From contig NW_004797280.1 of NCBI RefSeq assembly GCF_000002075.1, positions 2,084,592-2,143,461 on the forward strand: a stretch of DNA of 58,870 nt. The letters run 5' to 3'. Below the pieces are notes generated by a model, which was not told the origin of the DNA, did no database searches, and saw nothing but the letters and a program-made list of their open reading frames with translations. The translations under genes were made by a program, and so were the position numbers. The first letter of the stretch is position 1. Each line of letters begins with the position of its first letter. This DNA is from Aplysia californica (taxonomy: Eukaryota). This document shows positions 50,001-58,870 of this stretch, piece after piece.

Positions 50001-53000
50001 CTAGTCCTGGGTTGGACTCCAAGCTTGCTAAACGACGTAGATAAGCTTGTCTGGTGGCAGGGATCACTGGCCCAGGCATCTCCCCAAAGACCTGCAGCCT
50101 TTGAGACACTTCCTGGTTGCTGAGGCTCTCCAGGTGAGCTGGGGGCTCAATGACTGGGGTATCCTCTGCCTCAGAGAGTTCAGCAGTGTCAGAAGATCTC
50201 TCACCTGAACCGCTGCTACTGCTTGAATGATTCCATGGTGTAGAGGAGCTTTGAGAAGCACGGTCACATTCAGGGATAAGATTCTCATTGCGTGCACTCT
50301 TTGAGGCATGAGTTTGAAATTCTGAAGCTGGATCTCTTATTCTGGACTCATGCGACTTTTGGATCGAGCGCCAGTCATAGATAAGTGTTGACTGGGATTC
50401 AACGGTTCCTTTGCTAGTTACACTGTCGAGAGATCTTCGGCCAATGCTGCTACCACATTCTGAGGGAATGTGCCTTTCTATCAGAGTGACCCCTCTCTCA
50501 GGGTCCTTGTAGACATACTCCCTTACAGATACAGTACTAAACAAACTTTCATCTGACAATCGAGAAATGTTGGTTTGCCTTACTGTGCTATTGAGAATGT
50601 CCGTTACTGCCAGAGACTTTTGAACAGACTGTTCAGCAGCAAATTTATTCTTCATACTCTGTTGATCAGTTTTAATTGGGGGTTCATTTTCTTTTCTCGA
50701 CTTTTTCATGCGATAAACTCTTGGAGATCTGGCCCTTTGTATGAAGCTTTCATCAGAAGTCATGATGTCAGTGTCAGAAAACAAAGCTGGAGGAGGTTTC
50801 CACCTCAATGAATTTTCTCCCGTCATTTCAGAGCATTTCCCTTGTGTTTCAGGAACTATTTGAGGTCTGACGCTACTTCCACCAGCGGACCTGTCATTAA
50901 CAGTAGATTCGAGCCCTTTGACTGTGTCATCATTAAGACCATTGTCACAGGTGGCGTACGTATCTTGAGATGACCCAGAGACATTAAGACCCCCTTCACT
51001 TGTCTTGTCTTGTTTGTCAGTGAGTGAGTATGGCTCTAAGTTGTCAAGCTGGGATGGATATGAAGGGACCTCTCCAGAGTCTTCAACAGAGCATTTGTTA
51101 AGAAAGTCAGTAGTAGATAAAACAAACTCAGCCACTCTTTCCTGAGAACTTGATGAAGACTTTGGCAAGCTGACTGGAACTGGAAGATCACTTGACGAGG
51201 ACTTCAGCATGCTGGAAGAGGGATTGCTTGAGGGAGACTTCGGAGAACTTGGTGGACGACCACCAGATGAAGACTTGAGGAAACTAACTGAATGACTGCT
51301 TGAGGAAGACTCTGGCATACTAGGCTGTCGGCCACTCAATGAAGACTTTGGAAAGCAAGCCGAATGAGCATTTGAGGGAGATTTTGGTATGACCATTAAA
51401 TCTGAATTTTGAGTAAGAAAAACAGTCTTTTCATTGCTTACAGAATCAGAATATTCACTTCGAATTCCAGACGCCCCTGAAACTAGAGGTGGAAAATATG
51501 AACAAGGCTGCATACGAGAGAAATTTCCTTCTTTCCCCACTGGCAAAATATTAGATTCCTGATCCTGTGTTTTATGGGGGAAGTACACATCCAGGTGTTC
51601 CTGCTGCTTTCCACTCTCAGGCTGAGATGACTTTGATTTTGTAGACTGGCTGGGACTCGACCTGGAATAGTCAACATCTGAAGCTACATGTTTATTCCGA
51701 TTAGGAAGTAATGAAGATAATTCCCTGCATGGGGAATGGAGTCCACTAGTCTGCATCATTCGTCCATGCATGCGTGATGGGGAATGTTTGGTACTACGAT
51801 AGGCAAAAGGAGCTGACGGAGATCCATGTGGACTGGTGTGCTGCCTGTACGGAGAGTGTGGCAAGCAGCTTCTGTCACTAGGGGACAAACATCCTGCGTG
51901 ATGACCATGCTGAGGGGGATTACAGCAGTGCTCTGTCACATCTTGGCTACAGTATTGAAAGGAATCTTTGTGTCTTGCCAAAGATGAATGAGCCTGTCTG
52001 GGGCCAATAATGCAATCTAAGGAGCCTTCACTTTTACTTGAGAGAGGAAAATATTTTGGTGATGAACTGGAAGCACTGTCATTGCATGTTGTAAAACAAG
52101 TCCTTGCATTACAGTTTGATCTGCATGCAGCTGCAGAGCAATGGTTATGGAAATGAGACACACTGCTATTATTAGAGGAGACAGGAGATCTGTTTGATCT
52201 ATTACAACATTGATCTAGAAAAGGCGGACAGGAACAAGACTTTGAATGCCCATAGCCATTATGATGAAGACCACAGGACAACGGCGTAGCATCAAAGCCA
52301 CCACAAGAATACTGAGGTTGTACCTTACATCCATTTTCATGTTGATGTCTCCTAAAAGTTTTTTCATCACATTTCATTTTACAGGAAAAGGGTTTTGAGC
52401 CCACAACAGGAGTGTTTGGTGATGTCGCATCAAAGTACACTGGTTGACCTTCAGCAAGACACTCATATAATCTGTCAGTTACAGCATTTGTATATTCTTG
52501 AGATAAGATGTCTGGATCAATCGTAGAACTATCCAAGCAACATGCGCTGTCTCCTTGGTCTCCACACATTGAAATTCTCCCAAGTGAACGATCGTTTCCA
52601 TTGAAAGTCCTGGTCTCCACTGTGGATGTAAAAATATAATTGTCATCATTGACTGAAAAAAAGAGAAAAGAAGCAAAGATGGACAGTTGAACACAGATTC
52701 ATCTTCATGCAATGATCATAATCTTAAAAATAAAACTGTTCCAAAACTAAAATGAGGAGACAAGACTCATATTATTTTCAATCCTTTGACATTGACTTAG
52801 CACTTACATGGGCAATGAATTAATAAACTTCCTCTCCAGTGGAGGATGAAAACAAATGTACTTACTACGGAGATAGATTTTCAGGTCACTGACTACACAT
52901 AATTAGAATAAAGTAAATAGAAGGAATTTACATGCTTTCAAATAATTTCTAAATTTTCATCTCAGTTTTGTATTGTTTTGAGTCCCAAGCATGCATTGCA

Positions 53001-56000
53001 GGATTTAAATTTGTCACAGAAAGTTTTAAAAGACTAATATTTTTCCTTTGAAAACTTGAAGTCAAAGTCACACATATTTTTTTCCAATTTGTGACAGTTC
53101 AAGACACATCCAAAAAAGCATTCCAAGGTGGGAAGGCTACCAGCCATAATTACAACAATACATTGAAGAATAGTTGAACAATCCTGGAAGCACTATTGCA
53201 TGAACTGATATTTTAGCATTGCCAAAAAGAGGAAACATTGCAAACTGGTTGACAGTGTTATTTTCATACAAATTTTTCCGTTTCAATGTAGTAAGGTTAC
53301 ATTTAATGACTCATTTTTCTAAACAATCACCTGCAGACACACAGCCTTACCGGTGAATTTAGGCGAGAGCACATCATCTTTGACGGTGATCAGCATGTGC
53401 TGGTATCGGAGAACTGCCTCACAAGACTTATGACCTCCTTCCACAGCCAGGTCCAAAGCAGTTTTTCCCTCCTACACAGAAAAAGATTATAATAATAATA
53501 TATATTCGTTTATTTTCTGAAAAAAAAAATTATTCAGCTTTATAACCATTAACTCACTGAACCCAGATCCCTCACACGCTGCTGGGACTTTCCTTATTTT
53601 GACCATTGTCGAAACATATCAGCTGTCAGACTGATGCTTTTTCTCGTTGACAAAACACTTATACTCTGTCGTTACCCCTTGACTTTGAGCATTCCGCATC
53701 ATCGGACTTCCTCCTTTTTCTCCTCGTCCATGGGAGGCCTCCCACTTTCCAGAACTGGCTTTTATGTCAAAGTTACTGTTAAAAGTTTAGCAGGGTGTAC
53801 TTTTTACAAGTAGGGATTCCTCATTTCAGATGGGGCGCCGATCTTAGAGACCAGTAGAGGTCTTCCACAGCAATTACAACTCTATGGAATATGAGTACCA
53901 TTAGTGAAACAATGAAGTACTGAAATCTGCTTTAGTGATAGAGCATCCAAGCACAAACTTTTAATAATCATACATGCTGTAGACTTGTAGGACCTGCTTG
54001 ATCTGCATGTTATACATTTATTTTCCACAATCACAAAGAAATTGTGCAGAAAAAATAATGAATATTTTTGGTGTATCAGCATTTAAAGATACGTCACCAT
54101 TCAAGGGGTAATTTTTTTTTCATTTATCAACAACCCCCCCCCCAAAAAAAGCATTTATAATATATATGTGAAACGAAATGGGTCTTTTAAAGTACCCAAT
54201 TCAAAATTCTCTTTTTTCATTTGAGGGAAAATTTCACTTCTATTAATTAGTGAACAAGGACTTTCAATATGGCTGTTTGAAGATGCATTCAAAATGCCAG
54301 TATCTATTTTTTTAAAAATTTAAAAATTTATGGAACAAAACTTCAGAATTTCTTTTCAGTGGCATAAAAAAATAAATCTGAAATGCCAAAACTTCTGAGA
54401 AAGCCCTTTCCAATAGCTGGGCATAACCAGAGAACCTACAACCAAGTTATAAATAATCTTCATGACTCATGCTGAACAAGATAAAGATTAGGGACAGCAC
54501 TAAGAAAAATGACATTGTAAAAACAAATCATTAAACTTAACATCCCTGAGAAAATGCAGTTCCATCCTCCTAATTTTATATATCTGCATTATTTATTGCA
54601 TCCACAACCTTATCTCCACAGATGCTGATTTTGCACAAGTGGACATCAAATTAAACTATTTTAGCCCTTTGACAACTTCAAATTAAATGACAGAGACAAA
54701 AAATAATCTTCAGCCAAGGCATCAAAAAGAATGCATTTATAAGAGATATAGAATGTTGTTTATTGACAGAAGTCTAAAAAAGCATACTTCTCTAACTCAA
54801 TCTGCTGACTGCTGCAGCTCAGTTGGAGCACAATCCCTCAGCGGCAGCGTGAGGAGGTGTAAATCTTTTAGCTTTCTTATGAGCTTAAAGAGCAGACAGA
54901 GATACCCTAGCTCTACGCTCAAAAGGCTAGGGCCTAAAGGATTTACAGAGAAGTAAGAGCTTTCATCCTTCCCCAACCACTTGTGAGACTGAAGATTGTG
55001 GTCCTAGCTGGGGGGTTGCACTTAACAAACAGAAAATAGGGAGAAAAAAACCCAACAACCTACTTGGTCAGGAATGGTCACATCAGCACCGTTACTGAGG
55101 AGCAGCTGCATGGACTCCACATCACCCCAGGATGCTGTTACATGGAGGGGAGTATCGTGGTCCTCAGATCTAGAAGCAAATCACAGGTGGAAAGAGATCA
55201 TTTTAGTGGACATCTGAATTTTTAAATTTATTATTTTCTTGTTCTCACTTTTTTTTTATATAGTAGAGGGTTTTGCGGCGCTCACAACTGCATAAGGTCA
55301 TATGAGCGCACGGGACACACCTCATACTTTTAGTTGGTAGGAAATTTGAATTTTGCCCGGGTGGCGGCCGAAGCCTTCTCTTATCGATTTTAGACCACCA
55401 GGGGATCTTTAGCATGTGCAACTTGCACACGGGCCCTCCGAGATTTTTCGCCCTTGTCCGAGAAGGCTAGGTGTAGATCTTTCCTACCAGAAGATCAGGG
55501 GTGTGGCAGAAANNNNNNNNNNNNNNNNNNNNNNNNNNNNNNNNNNNNNNNNNNNNNNNNNNNNNNNNNNNNNNNNNNNNNNNNNNNNNNNNNNNNNNNN
55601 NNNNNNNNNNNNNNNNNNNNNNNNNNNNNNNNNNNNNNNNNNNNNNNNNNNNNNNNNNNNNNNNNNNNNNNNNNNNNNNNNNNNNNNNNNNNNNNGTCGC
55701 TACCCGGATTCGAACCCGGGACCTTTGAATGAGAGGCCAACGCCTTAACCTCTAGGCCACGAGAGCCCCCTTTTCTCACTTTCCAAATAATTAAGAGATT
55801 ATATCATTGACCAAAACACATGATAGACTATATATATAAGCCTATTTATACTGTCCCTGTCCTATCCCCATTTCAAGCAAGATTTATTTAATCCCAGGGC
55901 AGTCGCTGGTGATAAAAATAATCTAAATCGAAACCTGTTCCATTGTTTTGAGGCCTCCCTCTAAAAGAGAATGCAAAATTTAAATAGATAACAACTTCCA

Positions 56001-56389
56001 AAAATCTGCATGCATGGTATATCAAGCCCCAGGGTGCATTATAATATAAAAAATGTTATGTTCATAAATATAAGTCAAGTCTATTTTGTAGGATATCTAG
56101 AAGGGCTTTTTTCCTATATTTTATTATCATTATCAGCAAAGAGAACACTTCTAAAATGTTTGTCTTGAATAAATTTAAAGCACTACAAGTACCGGTAGGT
56201 CAACAGCTTAAAGAACTAGAAAGATCTTTTTAAGGAGAAACTTACAAAACATTAGGGTCACCGCCATACTGTAGCATCAGAGAGACCAGACTCTGGCCTT
56301 GGCCTGCTGCAATATGCATTGCTGTGACTCCTTCAGTGGGCAAAATCTGGTTCGGGTCAGCACCACAACATAAAAGCAGCTCTGCATCT
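46860..56389 (-). CDS. ANKLE1: ANKLE1/LEM-3 orthologue (ankyrin-LEM-GIY-YIG endonuclease), 5'-partial. Exons 5'->3': 56389-56246, 55169-55064, 53471-53351, 52652-49977, 49446-49246, 48657-48539, 47860-47731, 47032-46860
   Basis: 8 exons join in frame (about 1222 aa + TAG). Ankyrin motifs GVTAMHIAAG, TPLHVTASWG, GKTALDLA; LEM LSNQEVSQRLQVFGEMPGPVIPATRQAYLRRL; GIY-YIG WREGTAKSSFTYLLLDPR...FYVGKGKRARPYCHLYEA...IPVEAYTREACM...LAEGERQI. Confidence 0.95.
47400..47560 (+). mobile_element. Retroposon 3' fragment sharing the SINE tail
   Basis: gtgctcatatgacc...tgtgagcaccgtaaaaccttactaaaacaac matches the SINE 3' end, but the upstream body is different. Confidence 0.55.
47731..47860 (-). CDS. ANKLE1: ANKLE1 exon, GIY-YIG catalytic Glu region
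   Basis: tgcag|AAA...G|gtgtgt; KSAKVQHILDIWESGLGAVSLHCFQSVIPVEAYTREACMLEAI. Confidence 0.94.
48036..48161. mobile_element. Short TTAA MITE, same family as 8562-8732
   Basis: TTAA|CAATTTGCC...GGCAGCAAAGTG|TTAA; shared core ggctcatata..gtaaaaac..ttgccatcaaaggcaa. Confidence 0.75.
48539..48657 (-). CDS. ANKLE1: ANKLE1 exon, GIY-YIG (YVG motif)
   Basis: tccag|AT...AAG|gtaaat; EVEIFKTFICAIFYVGKGKRARPYCHLYEAVSKRAKEGK. Confidence 0.94.
49246..49446 (-). CDS. ANKLE1: ANKLE1 exon, GIY-YIG N-terminal part
   Basis: tgtag|AT...A|gtatgt; FPCELRQAL...WREGTAKSSFTYLLLDPRVTENLP. Confidence 0.94.
49977..52652 (-). CDS. ANKLE1: ANKLE1 giant exon (2676 nt): low-complexity linker plus LEM domain
   Basis: ttcag|TC...G|gtgaga; corresponds to the 900-aa ORF; ends with EYVYKDPERGVTLIERHIP and the LEM motif. 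Confidence 0.9.
53351..53471 (-). CDS. ANKLE1: ANKLE1 exon, last ankyrin repeat
   Basis: tgtag|GAG...G|gtaag; EGKTALDLAVEGGHKSCEAVLRYQH... Confidence 0.92.
55064..55169 (-). CDS. ANKLE1: ANKLE1 exon, ankyrin repeat
   Basis: tctag|A TCT...CAA|gtaggt; SEDHDTPLHVTASWGDVESMQLLLSNGADVTIPDQ. Confidence 0.93.
55252..55770 (-). mobile_element. tRNA-derived SINE, copy 2 (spans an assembly gap)
   Basis: Closely similar to 43075-43597 on both sides of the gap; TSD T(G/T)TTCTCACTTT. Confidence 0.9.
55513..55695. other. Assembly gap (N run)
   Basis: 183 N. Confidence 1.
56246..56389 (-). CDS. ANKLE1: ANKLE1 exon, ankyrin repeats
   Basis: cctag|A GAT...TT|gtaag; DAELLLCCGADPNQILPTEGVTAMHIAAGQGQSLVSLMLQYGGDPNV. 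Confidence 0.92.
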
Positions 56390-56836
56390 CTAGGAAAAAG
56401 AAAAAAAACAATACTAGACTTAAGCTCAAAGATGATTCTAAAAGCAAGGGGAACATGGAATCCAAGTTCAAAATCCAAAATCTAAAGAACAATTAACAAT
56501 TATTTCATGATACAACAAATTTCTTTAATATTTCATAAGGCATGCTATAGCTATTTTTACATCATACATGCTATCAAATCGTTAGTCTCAAGATCTTCGT
56601 GCATCCACACTTCACAAGATTGGTAATGATATCGTTGTATTATTTTTATAGCTAATATTAGTATTTAGCTCTTTACAATTTTTAAGTTAAAAAGTAGTAA
56701 GTAGTAGGCCCAATTCAATTCACTGTGCATAATTTAAAGTAGGCCTAGACTCCACTAGACCCAATACTCAGTATAAAAAGTAGAGGAGTTGAGTCAGACG
56801 GCCTGCTTCAGTTCCAAAGCCTGCATGATGATACTG

Positions 56837-58860
56837 CAGTGGAACTCGGTTTCAACGAAAACTCGGATTCAACTAAGAGTTGGATTCCCCTTTTTTTAAA
56901 ATAAATAAAAATCAATAAAAATAACTCAGATTCAACTAACACATATATAAATGTGTAAGCTGGGATTCAACAAATCACTTGCAGGGTGAACTGCCAAATG
57001 ATGCAACCAATCAGCGGCCTACTTTCATAGATTAGATAAGAATACCAGTCATATCGTTATGTCAGTCATTTCATCACACCGGTGCAGTCAAGGCGTCAGT
57101 CATCTCGTCACACGGTCATTTCGTCACACTCTAAATCCACGGATTTCGCAACACACTAACAAACATCAAACGTTAATTGTCATTGCAGGGGTGTGTGGAA
57201 GGACGGGGGAGGGGGTGCGATATGTTGTGCCTACCTGATCAGCAACACTAAACCGATCATAACTGGGTGAGTTTTGTTGAGTTGTTTTTAATGAAAGATT
57301 TTCCAACAATTGTTTTGTTTTGCCTTAGTTTCTAACTTGTTGAGGGTTTTTTTAATTGGTGGGAAGGGTGGGGTTTGGGGGGGCAGTTTTGTTGAGATGT
57401 ATTAAAATAGTGAAATAAGGTTTCCCCACTGTCGTTTCTGTTTTGCGTGCAGACCATTATATTTATTGATCCATTTCGTTACACAGTCATTTCATCACAC
57501 CGGTGCAGTCAAGACGTCAGTCATCTCGTCACACGGTCATTTCGTCACACTCCAAATCCACAAGGATTTCGTTACACACTTGCAAACATTTAGCGAGAAT
57601 TGTCATTGCAGGAGTGTGTGGAAGAACGGGGGAGGTGGGGTGCAATACTTTGTGCCTACCTGATCAGCAACACTACACCGATCATAACTGGGTGAGTTTT
57701 GTCGAGTTGTTTTTAATGAAAGATTTTCCAACAGTTGTTTTTGCTTTAGTTTCTAACTTGTTGAGGTTTTTTTTAATTGGTGGGAGGGCTGGGGGACAGT
57801 TTTGTTGAGATGCATTTTTAAATGAAATAAGGTTTCCTCACTGTCGTTTCTCTGTCTTTGCGCGCAGGCCATTATATATATATTTATAGGACGTGAGCCG
57901 GGCTACCCGGGAAGTGCGCAGGGCGACCTACTTCAACAGGGAAGCTCAAGATTGAAAATTTCAGCATTCCTTAAGGAAAAAGCATTTCAGGCGGGTTACT
58001 CCGGGGAAAAGCTGCGCTTCTAGGGTTAGAATTTATAACAATTTTCGAGAGATTTATTTAAATTTATAAGGTAAGTCATTTCGACACGTATAAAATTGGG
58101 CCCAGTAATTGGGGGTATGACGAGATGACCATTTGACGAAATGACCAGTTACCTAGAACTGATCTGTAGGCCTACCAAAAACACGCATTCTGATATTATT
58201 AGCACTCACAATGCATGTCTTAGCGCATGTCGGGGTCAGACGGGCAGCCAGCACACGTGTGCGTGTGTGTGTAGGGTTGGGAGGATGGAGGGAGGAGCAA
58301 GCAGTCCGGTAGTGGAAGTTCAGAAGAGATACAGCCTGGCACTCCTGTGCAATTGTGGTCCCGTTAGATCTTGCACTAAATCACACAAGAAAAGACTACT
58401 GGATATCGATACAGATTTAAATTATATTCGGTATCGATGTTTTATCAGTAGAACTAGCCTAGGAAATGAGCAAAGCAGTAAAATTCTACTTCTTTGTATT
58501 TAACAAGGCAAGGGGGATTTCAGGGGGCAACCACACTAACAAAAACAAATGGGGTTTTTAGGGGGGAATGCCCCCTCTGAATTTGACCAGAACTACATAA
58601 TTTGATGTTTTGAAATTAGGTTTAATTGGCTATCTCTCCATAGATCTAGGCCTATCGGCACGTGCATCAAAAAGTAATCATTTAGAACCAAAAGTAATCG
58701 TTGGTGGGCTAAAAACGGTATCCCTAACGAGACCGCAATTGTACAGGAGTGCCTGTGTCAGTACCCCCCCCCTCCCCGGTTAGTGCGATCGTGTTCGCAA
58801 CAATCATGAGTAGAAAATGGACAATTAATAGAATCTAGTCTTAGTAGGCCTAGATCTATA
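56837..58860. mobile_element. Diverged family-B-like pogo MITE (inverted), interrupted by an insertion at about 57040-58152
   Basis: CAGTGGAACTCGGTTTCAACG end at 56837; similarity to family B resumes at about 58210. Confidence 0.6.
57040..58152. mobile_element. Unclassified TIR element with GGTCATTTCGTCA subterminal repeats and an internal tandem duplication of about 422 bp
   Basis: Left cagtcatctcgtcacacggtcatttcgtcac, right tgacgagatgaccatttgacgaaatgaccagttacc; 57063-57465 is repeated at 57485-57870. Confidence 0.65.
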
Positions 58861-58870
58861 TATATATATA

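Noticed and set aside
49918-52620. 900-aa ORF as a stand-alone novel gene
   Set aside because: It has a splice acceptor at 52653 and a donor at 49976 in phase with the flanking ankyrin and GIY-YIG exons, so it is an internal ANKLE1 exon.
54797-54799. Selenocysteine reading of the in-frame TGA in the candidate cassette exon
   Set aside because: No SECIS identified, no redox motif, and the exon itself is unproven.

Overview
Eukaryotic, AT-rich, intron- and transposon-rich animal DNA. It is probably a lophotrochozoan such as a gastropod mollusc; this is inferred from the repeat types and gene structure. Two convergent multi-exon genes can be spliced in frame by hand. On +, ZMYND11/BS69 has 13 coding exons (821-23767: PHD, bromodomain, Zn knuckle, PWWP, acidic insert, coiled coil, MYND); its 5' exons lie outside the window. 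On -, ANKLE1/LEM-3 has 8 coding exons (56389-46860: ankyrin repeats, a 2676-nt giant exon ending in the LEM domain, GIY-YIG nuclease); its first exon was not found. Introns and the 23-kb interval between the stop codons contain many non-autonomous DNA transposons (pogo/Tigger with TA, piggyBac-like with TTAA, hAT-like with 8- and 6-bp TSDs). They also contain a decayed Academ element, a tRNA-derived Deu/Nin-type SINE family, and RTE, Rex-Babar and L2 LINE remnants, including a three-level nested insertion. There are two assembly gaps. I found no CRISPR array or prokaryotic system and no demonstrably new biological system; the best leads are listed as findings.
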